A stretch of DNA of 64,000 nucleotides from Candidatus Zhuqueibacterota bacterium (GTDB lineage: Bacteria; Zhuqueibacterota; Zhuqueibacteria; Thermofontimicrobiales; Thermofontimicrobiaceae): the NCBI GenBank assembly GCA_049322915.1, contig JBMOPW010000026.1:96001-160000 (forward strand), in the 5' to 3' direction. The translations under genes were made by a program, and so were the position numbers. A model generated the notes under the pieces. It was given only the letters and a program-made list of their open reading frames with translations, searched no databases and had not been told where the DNA came from. Below are positions 48,534 through 59,267 of this stretch, piece after piece. Positions within the stretch are counted from its first letter, which is position 1; each line of letters opens with the position of its first letter.

Positions 48534-49478
48534 TCAGATGAGCCGCAGGCTTTTCAGCACGTAAATGCCCGTCGAGATGGTCACGGTGGAGCCTATCGTG
48601 GACAGGACAATGATATTTCCGGCTAACCGGCTGTTGCATCCCATGGCGTCAGCCATGACGAAACTGGCGATGGCCGTGGGCGTGGCAAACAGCATGAACG
48701 TGACGCCCAGAGTCACCCCGCGAAATCCCAGCGCATAGGCCAGGTAAGTCAACGTAGCCGGCATGATGATGATTTTTATCAGCGTGGCAATCATCGTTAA
48801 TTTGAAATCTATTTTCAGACTCTTGAAATTGAGCGAACCGCCAATGCCCAATAACGCCAATGGCAGCGTCAGATCCGAGAGAACGTCGATGGTCGTGGCG
48901 ACGGACTCCGGCGTTTTAATTTTAAAAAACGCAAACGGCAGGGAGAAGATGGTTGCCAGAATCAGTGGATTGGTAATAATTTCCACTAGGATTTTCCTGA
49001 AACTGAGTTTCTTGTCTTTCTTCACCGGCACAGTGAGCGCCACGATGGCCAGTACGTTATAAAGCGGCATGGCGAGCGCCAGTATCAGCGCGGCTTGACT
49101 CAGCGCTTGGCTTCCCAGAGTGCTCTCGACCAGGGCGATGCCTACAATGGCAAAGTTGCTGCGATAGCTGCCCTGAATGAACGCGGCGCGGTCCCGTCCG
49201 TCACTGGATAAAAACGTGGAAGTCAACCAGATGAGACCGTAGAATAGCATCACGCCGGCGTAAATGAAAACCACCTGCATCGAAATTAAAGCCAGGCCGA
49301 AATCAAGGTCGGATAATTGCGTGAACACAAGGCAGGGGAGGGTCACAGAGAAGACGATTCTCGATGAGATAGAAATGAAGTCGTCGTTGAGGAATCCTTT
49401 TTGTTTTAAAAAATAGCCCAGAAAAATGATGAAAAAGACCGGCGAAACAGTATTGAAAGTAAAAATCAGATTTTGCAT
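48534..49478 (-). CDS. AEC (auxin efflux carrier) family transporter
   Basis: LPCLVF, RSNFAIVG, TNPLI, PLALLGIG, TPTAIASFVMA; about 10 TMs. Confidence 0.9.
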   Translation of the reverse strand: MQNLIFTFNTVSPVFFIIFLGYFLKQKGFLNDDFISISSRIVFSVTLPCLVFTQLSDLDFGLALISMQVVFIYAGVMLFYGLIWLTSTFLSSDGRDRAAFIQGSYRSNFAIVGIALVESTLGSQALSQAALILALAMPLYNVLAIVALTVPVKKDKKLSFRKILVEIITNPLILATIFSLPFAFFKIKTPESVATTIDVLSDLTLPLALLGIGGSLNFKSLKIDFKLTMIATLIKIIIMPATLTYLAYALGFRGVTLGVTFMLFATPTAIASFVMADAMGCNSRLAGNIIVLSTIGSTVTISTGIYVLKSLRLI

Positions 49479-49691
49479 GAATATCTCGTTTTCAACCTCG
49501 ACCAGGATTCAATCACTCAACCGTGAAGATTGCCATCTGTCTCAGACGCAAAGATAAACCATCATCGAATGCCGTGAATTAAGCAATCGGCTGAAGGAAA
49601 AGGATGCAGCGTTTCCCTGAGCGGACAGTCTATTTAACGCTTCAGACGGGTATTATTTCCAGCTTGGATTGGCGCACCGCTGCGCAGCCCG

Positions 49692-50771
49692 TCAGCCCAG
49701 AATCCGCTTTTTCTTCTCCAGATAATAGAGATAATTTTCGAACGAAACGTCGGGCGGCACGCGATGATCCATACAGGGCACAAATCCGCCGGCCTCGATT
49801 AACGGCAGCAGCGACTCCAATTCCCGGTCAATAGCTGCCCTGTCTTTTGACAGCTCCACTTTATTCACGCCGCCGACGAGCAGCACATCCCGGCCATACC
49901 ATTCCCTGAGCTTGCGCGGATTGGTGTGCGCCGCTTCGAGGGGAAACATGCAATTGATGCCGGCTTTCAGCCAGCCCGGCACCAATTCGTAAATGCAGCC
50001 ATCGCAATCGAGTATGTTGACATCGACGTGATACTTTTTCAGATGCCTGGTGATTTTCGCGTATCGCGGAACCATCAACTCCTCGAAAAGCCGGGGCGAA
50101 ATCAGCGGGCCTTTATTGAAGCACATATCTTCCCACCACCAGGCCAGATCGACCTGAACGTGCGGCAGCGTTTTATCGATTAAATAGAGCGTCATTTCAG
50201 TGAAATGGTCCATCATCTCTTCAATCCAGTCGCGCTCCGTCATCATGGCGATGGACACATTTTCCACGCCCATCCAGTTGCGCAACCAGCCATAGAGCGA
50301 GCCGGCGTCGAAGCGAAGGGGCAGACCGGTCTGCTTCGATTTTTCGATGACTGCCGGAATATCTCCGATCCGGGAATCGTCTTTGAAATTCAGCCGTTCA
50401 GCTTTCAGTCGTTCCCAATCGGCGCGCGTCTCCAGTACGTATTTTTCGTACTGGGGAATCGATTCTCCGACGAGCGGCACGCGGCAGATATTCCCCTCAT
50501 GGGTTTGAATAAGTTTATAATTGCTGTGCGTTTCCAGTGTTTTATTTTCGAACCAGGGGTACAGACCATTTCGCACCGGAAACCAGAGAAAAATTTCCAC
50601 GCCATCGAGACCGAGGTAACGTTCCACATCCTCGTTGGTAGCCACTTCTTTCGGGAGTCCCTGACTGTGCCATAATTGAATGGTCTCATCCCAATACCCG
50701 AAATCGACGTTGGGGATTTTATCGGCTTTTTGCCAGTGCAGGACTTTGTTCAACCGCTCCCGTGTCGTCAT
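49692..50771 (-). CDS. Uroporphyrinogen-decarboxylase-fold protein (URO-D/MtaA-like, function unknown)
   Basis: MTTRER start, RNWMG.E, WEDM...GPLISP, DCDG, GGVNK, DHRVPPDVS. Confidence 0.85.
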   Translation of the reverse strand: MTTRERLNKVLHWQKADKIPNVDFGYWDETIQLWHSQGLPKEVATNEDVERYLGLDGVEIFLWFPVRNGLYPWFENKTLETHSNYKLIQTHEGNICRVPLVGESIPQYEKYVLETRADWERLKAERLNFKDDSRIGDIPAVIEKSKQTGLPLRFDAGSLYGWLRNWMGVENVSIAMMTERDWIEEMMDHFTEMTLYLIDKTLPHVQVDLAWWWEDMCFNKGPLISPRLFEELMVPRYAKITRHLKKYHVDVNILDCDGCIYELVPGWLKAGINCMFPLEAAHTNPRKLREWYGRDVLLVGGVNKVELSKDRAAIDRELESLLPLIEAGGFVPCMDHRVPPDVSFENYLYYLEKKKRILG

Positions 50772-51239
50772 GAATCCCTCCAGTTTTATGTTGATTGCCA
50801 GTGGCCGATTAAAAATTTTAGGCGATGTGGATTGACCGATATGATTTGTAATTTTCGCGCCCTTTTTTTTCCAGGAAAAGGTTTAATATAATTTGTGCGC
50901 GTTTAAATAGCAAGCGAAAGTTATTCCCCGATGTAAAAAGTTTTGGCCAAAACGTATGTCGATAGTCGCGGTGCACATACTGCCTGATGATGACCGGCTA
51001 TTGTCGCCCGTAATCGCTTTGCCGGGAGAATCACTCGATTCATTCCGCGGGCTGAAAATTTAGTGGCGGAATGGTATTTCTTGCATCAAAGGACTTGACA
51101 TCTGACTTTAAATTATGCTAATTGAGACAGAGAAATTTTTTTTCAAATGTGTCCACAAAACTATCTCCCGGTTCGTTTATGATATGAAAGGCCGATCGAC
51201 CGACTATCATGAAAAAGTTAATTAAACAAAGGAGATGCT

Positions 51240-51755
51240 GTGACGAAACGAAGCATTGAGTACGATCAATTTATCAAACCGATTGAGGATCAAATGATCC
51301 GATCCGTCTGGAGGCTGATTCGGGATGGCGACGATGCGGATGATGTTTTCCAGGAGGCATTGCTCAAAATCTGGAAACGCTGGAATCGAATCTGCAAGCA
51401 TCCGAATCCCCACGCGCTCATCCTGAGAATTTGTATTAATGCGGCGTATGATCACCTCCGCAGAAACGAGCGCATGCAGAAGCATGATCCGCTCGATTCA
51501 GTTTCAGCAACGTTATCGGATTCAAGCCCGCTTGCATGGGAAGAGATGGAACATGAAGATAAAAAATCGCTGATTTTCCGCGCGATTGGAGCGTTGCCGA
51601 AGCATCAGCGCCTGGCGGTTCACATGCGTTATATCGAAGAAACGTCGTATCCTGCAATCGCCCAGGCATTGGGCTGCGGGGAAGCGACCGTACGCAAACA
51701 TGTTTCACGCGCGATCAGTAAACTACGCGTTGTTTTGTCTGAGTCTTCTTTTTAA
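51240..51755 (+). CDS. ECF RNA polymerase sigma factor
   Basis: Region 2 DADDVFQEALLKIW, region 4 LP..QR......Y.E..SY..IA..LG....TVR...SRA; AAGGAG RBS, GTG start. Confidence 0.92.
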   Translation: MTKRSIEYDQFIKPIEDQMIRSVWRLIRDGDDADDVFQEALLKIWKRWNRICKHPNPHALILRICINAAYDHLRRNERMQKHDPLDSVSATLSDSSPLAWEEMEHEDKKSLIFRAIGALPKHQRLAVHMRYIEETSYPAIAQALGCGEATVRKHVSRAISKLRVVLSESSF

Positions 51756-51781
51756 TTTCACTTCAGAATAGGAGCAACATC

Positions 51782-52633
51782 ATGAAAAAAATGAAAGATG
51801 AAAATCAAATAATTGAGCTGTTGAAAAATCAGTCTCAAACCGACGTCCCCTCAGAAGTGGAACACCGTTTGAAAAACCGACTTGTGGAATTCAAACAGAA
51901 CCTCGATCCCCGGGAAAGGGAAACTAACCGCCGTCTGTTTGCTGAACTACTGGATTGGCTTTATATTCCAAAAGTGCGCTGGGCAGTGGCAGTCGCCATC
52001 CTGGCTGGAGTGATTATCCTGGGCTCGCTGGTGACGTTCCTTCCCCAAAATACCGATTCGGTGTATGCGGCGGTGGTGGAACAGTTGCGAAGCCTCCAGT
52101 CAATTTCATATTCATTTCAGCTACAAAATGGAGTTGAAGCGCACATCACCATGAAAGAACCCGGACTGGTTCGGGTAAAAACTTCGTGGGGTATCGAATT
52201 TATCAGCGACGAAAATAGCCAACGAAAGCTGATTTTAATTCATCGTCTAAAAAAATTCGTCACTGAAAAAGATGAGGATATGCAATTCGCTATGGGTGAT
52301 TTTATTCAAAATGATTTGCTCAATATACCTGTAAAGGCGGATGAAAAATTGGGGAAACGGGTTTTGGATGGTGAGGAAACCGTTGGCTTCCGCATTAAAC
52401 AAGGCACGAGTCATATGGACGTTTGGATTGAACCGATTTCCTGCCAACTCCGACATGTGGATATTGACTTTCTGATGGGGCCTGTAAAATTGCATCACAT
52501 GGAAATCAAAAATATAAAAATCAATGAACCGGTGGGTGATTCGACATTCGAGTTGAATCCACCAGCCGATTATGAAAAGATGACCCTGCCGGAATACAAT
52601 CTCATTCAGTCAGAAAATTTGATCAATAAATAA
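51782..52633 (+). CDS. Probable membrane anti-sigma factor with LolA-like periplasmic domain
   Basis: Follows the ECF gene; single TM; beta-rich domain with VWIEP and FELNPPADY. Confidence 0.7.
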   Translation: MKKMKDENQIIELLKNQSQTDVPSEVEHRLKNRLVEFKQNLDPRERETNRRLFAELLDWLYIPKVRWAVAVAILAGVIILGSLVTFLPQNTDSVYAAVVEQLRSLQSISYSFQLQNGVEAHITMKEPGLVRVKTSWGIEFISDENSQRKLILIHRLKKFVTEKDEDMQFAMGDFIQNDLLNIPVKADEKLGKRVLDGEETVGFRIKQGTSHMDVWIEPISCQLRHVDIDFLMGPVKLHHMEIKNIKINEPVGDSTFELNPPADYEKMTLPEYNLIQSENLINK

Positions 52634-52638
52634 CCTAA

Positions 52639-52799
52639 CCTGAATTATTCATGAACTTGCTCAGAATTTGAGTCAACATTTAGATTTTCAATTAGCTAAA
52701 GGCTAAGCTATTTTGAAACTCAGTTTTTATACGTTTATTCTAAAAAGAGCACCATTCAGGTTAGCCAGCCTCCTTTAAAAATACTATGAATAATGCAGG
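52639..52799 (+). mobile_element. 161-bp MITE, copy D
   Basis: Near-identical to copy A, CTAA on both flanks; sits between a stop codon and a terminator-like hairpin. Confidence 0.9.
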
Positions 52800-52811
52800 C
52801 TAAAAGACTGA

Positions 52812-52850
52812 GAACAGGGATTGAATGTGACGATCCCTGTTCGCTTTCTT
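52812..52850 (+). terminator. Probable intrinsic terminator
   Basis: GAACAGGGAT / ATCCCTGTTC followed by GCTTTCTT. Confidence 0.6.
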
Positions 52851-53134
52851 CCCTCACAGATTATGCGTCACCAGTTCATTCACATTACATATTACAATGC
52901 TCCGCTCCGTCACGGTGAGGGTTTTGTGATGATCGCGTTGTCTGATCATTGATCCGGCCGATGCCCTTGAATGCCAGGGTGATTTCCCCATTTTTAAAGT
53001 ATGAGCCAACCGCGATGTGACTGCCGAGATGCGTCGGGACCTGACTATGGGCTGAAGCGTGAACTATTTTTTATTCAATATTAACTGCGCAATGTCATGC
53101 CGGATGAAAATAACTGAGCGTGGGGAATCCCTTC

Positions 53135-54244
53135 TCAGCGCATGATGAAATCGCCGTTTTGATAGGTGAGAAGACCGTCGGCGTAAATTTCTCCGCCATC
53201 GCTCATGTCTTTGAGCATGTCCCAGTGAAGCCCTGATTTGTTCCGGCTGCCGCTCTGAGGAATTCCGCGGCCAATTGCCAGGTGCACCGTGTGGCCCATC
53301 TTTTCATCGAACAGCATGTTCTTCGTGAATCTACTGATGTGTTTGTTTGTGCCGATGGCAATTTCCCCGACGTATTTCGCCCCGTCATCGATCTCCAATA
53401 ACTGGCGGAGCAGGTTTTCGCCTTTGGCCGCGCGAGCTTCCACCACTTTCCCTGTTTCGAATCGAAGGAAAATATCCTCGATTTCCTCACCCTGATAAAT
53501 GCCGGGATAGGTGAACCGAATGTGTCCTTCGACGGAGTCTTCGATGGGGCCGGTGAAAACCTCGCCGTCAGGGAAATTATTCCGGCCGTCGCAGTTGATC
53601 CAGGTTCGTCCTTCGCAGCGAAACGACAGGTCTGTGTCTTTCCCAACATACCGCATCTGCTTCACGGTATTCAACCGATCGCACAGTTTTTGTTGTGCGC
53701 GTGAAAATGCCTTCCAGAAATCGATGGGGTCATCCTCGTTCAGGTGCATGGCGTCGAACACAAATTCAGCGTATTCATCGAGGGACATATTTGCTTCCTG
53801 GGCTAACGCCGGCGAAGGATTGGCCGCGCCAACCCAGCGCAGTTTTCCCTGTCCCCAGCGCTCGAAAATTTTTTCAGAAATTGGTTTTTGAGCCAGAATT
53901 CGCTGCTTCTTTTTGGATGAATCGATTGAAGTGAGGGCGCGGGGATTCAGGTCCGGGAATATCGCGATGAGCGCGTCCATGTTTTCAGTCTCATGCAGGC
54001 GGAAGGGATCGGTGTAATTCAACTGAAAATCACGCGCGGTCTTGTAAAACAGATAGTCCATATCCTCGAAGGTCATGCGCACAGTCGGATGGCCGCCAGC
54101 CAGAATGACCTGCTGGAAAATTTCCCGCAGCAAAGGCTCGGACGCAGTTGAACCGGAGATGACGATCTTATCCCGTTCTTTCACGTCGATGGAATAATGG
54201 ACCAGGACATGGGCGAGTCTGGTCAATCGCTGATCTGCTTTCAT
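53135..54244 (-). CDS. Aminopeptidase, M29 (AmpS/AmpT) family
   Basis: NFPDGEVFTGP, GEIAIG, LFDEKM..TVHLAIG, S.LHWDM; GGAG RBS before ATG 54244. Confidence 0.93.
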   Translation of the reverse strand: MKADQRLTRLAHVLVHYSIDVKERDKIVISGSTASEPLLREIFQQVILAGGHPTVRMTFEDMDYLFYKTARDFQLNYTDPFRLHETENMDALIAIFPDLNPRALTSIDSSKKKQRILAQKPISEKIFERWGQGKLRWVGAANPSPALAQEANMSLDEYAEFVFDAMHLNEDDPIDFWKAFSRAQQKLCDRLNTVKQMRYVGKDTDLSFRCEGRTWINCDGRNNFPDGEVFTGPIEDSVEGHIRFTYPGIYQGEEIEDIFLRFETGKVVEARAAKGENLLRQLLEIDDGAKYVGEIAIGTNKHISRFTKNMLFDEKMGHTVHLAIGRGIPQSGSRNKSGLHWDMLKDMSDGGEIYADGLLTYQNGDFIMR

Positions 54245-54419
54245 GGGTGTCTCCAATCGTTGATAGGTCTGTTCCCGGGAATCGGCGCCGGAGATGAAGA
54301 ATCTCTGCCGCAGTGTTGGCGCAGCAGAGATTCTTCATGGCTCGGGGATTATATTTTCTCGAAGCAAGCAGCGCGTCGGGTTCCTTTGAAGCCCAGACGC
54401 CTCTGCCTGAGAGTCGCAT

Positions 54420-57400
54420 TTACCGCACAGGATAGGCCGGCTTTGCCGGGAACTGGTACGGCTCCGCCTTGATTTTATCCAGCAGCACCTGAATGGCGGT
54501 TTCTAATTGTTTATCATGGCCCTGCATCACCGACGCCGGATCATTCTCCACCAGCATGTCCGGGTCAGCGCCATGATTTTCCACCAGCCATTTTCCATCG
54601 CGCCCGTAAAATGAATTGTTTGATTGGTGAACGATACCGTTGTCGATCGTCGTCTGGCCATTGACAATGCCGACCAATCCGCCCCACGATGGCGTACCGA
54701 TGACAGTGCCCAGTTTGCGCGCTTTGAAATGTTCAATGAACGCCTCGCCGTCCGAACCGTTGTGCTCGTTGGTCACCACGGCGAGATGCCCGTTGCACAC
54801 ACTGCCTGGATATCGGAACGGCTCCATATTCTTCAGGCAGTTGTAGGCCACCATTTTGCGCTCCAGTTTATCGATGAGAAAATACTCGGTCCAGCCGCCG
54901 CCATTCCCGCGAACGTCGATGATCAGGCCTTTTTTATAACGAAATGCGCGCCAGAATTTGTCGAACTGCGCCACGTTGCCGGAGCCCATGGCCGTGATGT
55001 GCATGTACCCAATTTCGCCGCGGCTGAGCGCGAGCGTCTTGTCGATATTGTCAGCTAGCCACCGTTCATAGCGCAGCCCGCGTTCGGATCGGATGGGCTC
55101 GATTTCATACACCTGGCTATTTTCCATCGTTGGCGCGCTGTTCACAGTCAACTTCACTTTTTGCCCGCGAGTCACCTGAAGATGGGCGTACGGATCGTCC
55201 GGGTATTTCACTTCAACCCCGTCAATGGCAAGGAGGTAATCGCCTTCTTTGATATTGAAATCCGGTCGCGCCAATGGCGAGGTCAGGTCGCGATTGTATT
55301 TCGTGGCGCCGAAAATCGTTTCGAACTGATAATAGCCTTTATCCGATTTTTTCAGTTCTGCGCCCAGAAGGCCGGTGAACACAGGATTGTCCTGGGACTG
55401 GCTGGGTCCTGTATCGCCGCCGCCAACGTAGGTGTGGGAGACACACAGTTCACCCACCATCTGCGAGAGGAGCCAGTTCAGATCCTGCCGCGATCGGAGT
55501 TGGGGAATATAGGTTTTGTAGGTGTCGCCCATTTTCTTCCAGTCATGACCGTGCATATTGGGATCGTAGAAGAAATCGCGGTACCAGCGCCAGGCGTCAT
55601 TGAAAATCTGCGTCCATTCCTCGACCGGTTTCACGCGATAGGTCATTTCGCTCAAATTGATTTTCTCACCGATGGACTGCGACGAACATAATTTATCAAG
55701 CCGATCGCTGGAATAATCATTCCTTTTTTTGATAATGATGAAATCGCGATTGCTGGACAAACGCCAATCGCTGATCTGTTCTTTGAGCACGGTATCTTTT
55801 TCTTTGCCCATGTCGAAAATGTGCAGGTCCCACTGGTCGCTTCCAGTCGGTTTGAAAATCTGTTCGTATTCGTTGTCGCCGAAACGTTCCACAGAAGCCC
55901 AGGTCACCATGCCTTTGCCTGCTTTGAGATAGAAATAATTCCCGGCATTCACCGGCAGCGAGAACACGCGATCCTGAATTCCTTCCAGGTCGATGCGAAA
56001 TGGCTGGCTGGATTTTTGGGCGACATCATCCAATTTTTGGAACAGCGGTTTTTGGCCATTTTTGAGCTGCACGACCATCACTTTCACCGGATTGGGAACC
56101 ACGTGATTATCTTCGAACACATCCATCTGCACGTCGAAATTGCAGTAGGAGAGAAAATAGAGGTATTCGCCATTGGCGTCAAATGAGGGATTGATATTAT
56201 CGTAAAAATCGCTGGTGATGGGATGGCGCGAATTTAGTTCAAGATTGTACAGAAAAACGATGCTATTGCGGTTGAATTGAACAAACGAATAGGTCACCCA
56301 TTTGCTGTCCGGAGACCAACTGTAATCGCTTATTTCCCAGTAAAATTCATCGTTTTTGAGCTGATTGGATGAATCGATCTTGACGAGTTTTTTGGTCGTC
56401 ACGTCAACGTAAAATATAGCAAAGTCTTTATTTCCGAAAAGTATCTTTTTGCTATCAGGCGACCATTCCAGATGATAGACCGTATTTTTCATTCCGTTTG
56501 TCAATTGAATCCAGGCGGATCCAGGCTTGAGGTTCATCATGTAAAGCTCGTATTCGCCGGATTTGTCCGAGAAAAAAGCGATGGACTTTCCGTCCGGGGA
56601 AACCTGGGGATACCGCTCGCGACTGCCGGCGCTGTTCGTCAGATTTTTGGTATCGCCTTCATCGCCGGTCGGGACAAGAAAAACATCGCCGCGCGCTTCG
56701 AACACAGCGGTTTTGCCATCATCGGAAATAGACATGGAATGCACATAGTCTTTCGGATTCACCGTGCGGTCGGCCAATCGCCAATTGTCCGTGGGTATGG
56801 AAACGTGAACCTGCTGCGGTGTCCCCTGCGCCGGATTCAACCGGTAGAGATAGCCGGAGTGCATATACACAATGCTGGTCCCATCGGTGGAAGCCATTTG
56901 AACATCGAAATTGTCGTACTGTGTGATCGGGTCGATTTTTTTCGTCGTAAAATTGTAGTGATAAATATTGGCGATGCCATTTTCACCCCGATCCGAGACG
57001 AAATACATGCCGTCGCCGATCCACATGGGATAGCTGTTTTTGCCCACGTAATCGGTGAGTTTCGTGAAGGCCTTCGCGGCAAAGTCGTACATCCAGATGT
57101 CCTGGTATTGACCGCCCTTGTATCGTTTCCAGTAATATTCTTCACGACCGCGGGTGTTGTAGACCATCTTTTTTCCGTCAGGGGAGAAGGTGCACAGCAC
57201 GCCGGAGGGAACCGGCAGTTCTTCCGGCAGACCGCCATTCGGGGTGACGGAATATAATTTCACAATGGGCCGGAAGGTATTTTCATGCCCGGAGCGAAAG
57301 ATGATCTGTTTGCTGTCCGGCGTCCATGTGATGACGTCCGCCGAGACATGATACGTCAGCCGATTGGGAGTGCCTCCCTCCATGGGAATCAGATAGACGT

Positions 57401-57662
57401 TCGAACCATTGTCATAGTTGCCGGAAAAAGCGATCCATTTGCCATCCGGCGAAATTTTGCCTGTCTCTTCATTGCCGGGGTGGGAAGTCAGCCGCATGGC
57501 TGTCCCGCCGGTCGCGTTGACTGTCCACAGATCACCTTCGTAGGTGAACACAATTTTTTCGCCGCGGATGTTCGGGCTGGACATGAAACGGCCTTCAATC
57601 GCAGCGAAGACAAAACTGGCTAATGTAAGAACGATTAGCACAGTCAGTTTAAAAAATCGCAT
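54420..57662 (-). CDS. Tricorn protease homolog (S41), secreted
   Basis: Signal peptide, propeller repeats, WKRYKGG, GELCVSH, PDZ, IDVRGNGGG, GSDGE nucleophile, ENHGADPD. Confidence 0.95.
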   Translation of the reverse strand: MRFFKLTVLIVLTLASFVFAAIEGRFMSSPNIRGEKIVFTYEGDLWTVNATGGTAMRLTSHPGNEETGKISPDGKWIAFSGNYDNGSNVYLIPMEGGTPNRLTYHVSADVITWTPDSKQIIFRSGHENTFRPIVKLYSVTPNGGLPEELPVPSGVLCTFSPDGKKMVYNTRGREEYYWKRYKGGQYQDIWMYDFAAKAFTKLTDYVGKNSYPMWIGDGMYFVSDRGENGIANIYHYNFTTKKIDPITQYDNFDVQMASTDGTSIVYMHSGYLYRLNPAQGTPQQVHVSIPTDNWRLADRTVNPKDYVHSMSISDDGKTAVFEARGDVFLVPTGDEGDTKNLTNSAGSRERYPQVSPDGKSIAFFSDKSGEYELYMMNLKPGSAWIQLTNGMKNTVYHLEWSPDSKKILFGNKDFAIFYVDVTTKKLVKIDSSNQLKNDEFYWEISDYSWSPDSKWVTYSFVQFNRNSIVFLYNLELNSRHPITSDFYDNINPSFDANGEYLYFLSYCNFDVQMDVFEDNHVVPNPVKVMVVQLKNGQKPLFQKLDDVAQKSSQPFRIDLEGIQDRVFSLPVNAGNYFYLKAGKGMVTWASVERFGDNEYEQIFKPTGSDQWDLHIFDMGKEKDTVLKEQISDWRLSSNRDFIIIKKRNDYSSDRLDKLCSSQSIGEKINLSEMTYRVKPVEEWTQIFNDAWRWYRDFFYDPNMHGHDWKKMGDTYKTYIPQLRSRQDLNWLLSQMVGELCVSHTYVGGGDTGPSQSQDNPVFTGLLGAELKKSDKGYYQFETIFGATKYNRDLTSPLARPDFNIKEGDYLLAIDGVEVKYPDDPYAHLQVTRGQKVKLTVNSAPTMENSQVYEIEPIRSERGLRYERWLADNIDKTLALSRGEIGYMHITAMGSGNVAQFDKFWRAFRYKKGLIIDVRGNGGGWTEYFLIDKLERKMVAYNCLKNMEPFRYPGSVCNGHLAVVTNEHNGSDGEAFIEHFKARKLGTVIGTPSWGGLVGIVNGQTTIDNGIVHQSNNSFYGRDGKWLVENHGADPDMLVENDPASVMQGHDKQLETAIQVLLDKIKAEPYQFPAKPAYPVR

Positions 57663-57847
57663 GGCAATTCCTCCAATGATAAAAGTGGTTGAAGATTTGG
57701 TTGTGGTGAATTTTAGATGTGGTGATGCTTAGTTCTGGTTTGATAGTTAAGCCTTACGTAATTATAATTATATTGTTTGCAGAATGCAAGAAAAAAATAC
57801 TTGCCATTTAGAAAATGTTTTGTAAATTTGGATTTAAATCCTGACAG

Positions 57848-58231
57848 GCAGCGCTTCCCAGAAAAAAGCATAGAACGCTGATGAAGCGGATGACGCAGAT
57901 GAACGCAGATAAAAGACTTTTGGTGTCCATTGAGACCAGGTCATTGTTGTTTTTTGAATCAAAAAAAATCCGCGCGAATCCGTGTAATCCGTGTTTTATA
58001 AAAAACTGAGCGAGTGGGACTTCAAAAAAAGCATAGAACGCGGATGACGCAGATGAACGCGGATAAAAGACTTTTGGTGACCATTGACGCCTGGTCATTC
58101 TTGTTTTTTGAATCAAAAATAATCCGCGCGAATCCGTGTCATCCGTGTTCTATAAAAAACTGAGCGAGCAGCGCTTCCCAGAAAAAAGCATAGAACGCTG
58201 ATGACGCGGATGACGCAGATGAACACAGATA
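57848..58231. repeat. Tandem array (~2.4 units of ~160 bp) of long-hairpin units with ~9-nt-periodic arms
   Basis: GCATAGAACG at 57868, 58031 and 58188; full units contain TAGAACGC(G/T)GATGACGCAGAT... and ...ATCCGCGCGAATCCGTGTCATCCGTGTTCTA. Confidence 0.9.
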
Positions 58232-58257
58232 AGATGATCCTAAAAAAGGACTATACC

Positions 58258-59217
58258 ATGCAACGCCACTCACACAATCCAATCATCACCCGAAAAGATA
58301 TCCCTGATATTCCGCCGCATCTCGTGGATGTGACCTCGGTTTTCAATCCGGGCGCGGTAAAATTCAACGGCACCTACCTGCTTTTGCTGCGCGTGCAAAA
58401 CCGCGGCAGGGAGACTTTCATCGTGAAAGCGCAGAGCAAGGACGGTGTTCACTTCGATGTCGATAATCGAATCGTTCAATTCCAGGGCATCGAGAAAGTC
58501 GCGGAGAAAATTTATCACTGCTACGACCCCCGCATCACCCGCATCGAAAATTCCTATTACATCATGTTTGCTATGGATATGGATTCAGGCTGCCAGTTAG
58601 GATTGGCGCGAACGCTGGATTTTGAGCGCTATGAGTTTTTGGGCATTACCACTACTGAGGATTCCCGAAATGGCGTGCTTTTTCCTGAGAAGATTGATGG
58701 CAAGTATTACCGATTGGACCGCCCCAACAAAATGAAACTTGGCGATGGTCCTACCTCCGGCAACACTATCTGCCTGTCACACTCTGACGATTTACTGCAT
58801 TGGCAACTGGTTGCGCCGGTGTTGGCCGGACGATTTCATTACTGGGATGAGCTGATCGGCGCCGGCGCCCCACCGATCAAAACGCCGGTGGGCTGGCTGC
58901 TCATTTATCACGGCATTGCCACGCATCTGAACAGCGCCTACATTTACCAGGCCGGGGTTGCGCTGCTCGATTTGAACAAACCTGCCCACGTGCTGGGACG
59001 GAGCCGCTGCAATATTCTGGAACCACGGGAGATGTGCGAACTCACCGGGCAGGTCCCTAATGTGGTTTTTCCCAGCGGTGCTATTGTGGAACAATGCGAC
59101 GCGGCCGGTTTTGCCGCACTGGATAGCCCGTTGAAAATCTACTACGGCGCTGCGGATACGTGTGTTGGATTGGCAATAACTACGGTGAACGAGTTGGTTC
59201 AGGCGGCGATGGAGTGA
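58258..59217 (+). CDS. Glycoside hydrolase family 130 (beta-mannoside phosphorylase/hydrolase)
   Basis: SVFNPGA, YDPRIT, RNGVLFPEKI, IGAGAPP, YHG, VPNVVFP, YYGAADT; AAAGGA RBS before ATG 58258. Confidence 0.92.
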   Translation: MQRHSHNPIITRKDIPDIPPHLVDVTSVFNPGAVKFNGTYLLLLRVQNRGRETFIVKAQSKDGVHFDVDNRIVQFQGIEKVAEKIYHCYDPRITRIENSYYIMFAMDMDSGCQLGLARTLDFERYEFLGITTTEDSRNGVLFPEKIDGKYYRLDRPNKMKLGDGPTSGNTICLSHSDDLLHWQLVAPVLAGRFHYWDELIGAGAPPIKTPVGWLLIYHGIATHLNSAYIYQAGVALLDLNKPAHVLGRSRCNILEPREMCELTGQVPNVVFPSGAIVEQCDAAGFAALDSPLKIYYGAADTCVGLAITTVNELVQAAME

Positions 59218-59267
59218 TATTTTTTAATAAAGCAATTCCCGTATCTATTGGGAAAACTGCAAGGTAT

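Noticed and set aside
52860..53110. Small gene or riboswitch between the anti-sigma gene and the aminopeptidase
   Set aside because: Short open frame without a start/RBS or motif; lies between convergent genes; no aptamer consensus.
57848..58231. CRISPR array
   Set aside because: Units are ~160 bp with near-identical interiors, no unique spacers, and no cas genes in the window.
57808..58257. ORF 57808-58116 and the N-terminal extension of GH130 from 58201
   Set aside because: Translations of the repeat array; the better RBS precedes ATG 58258.
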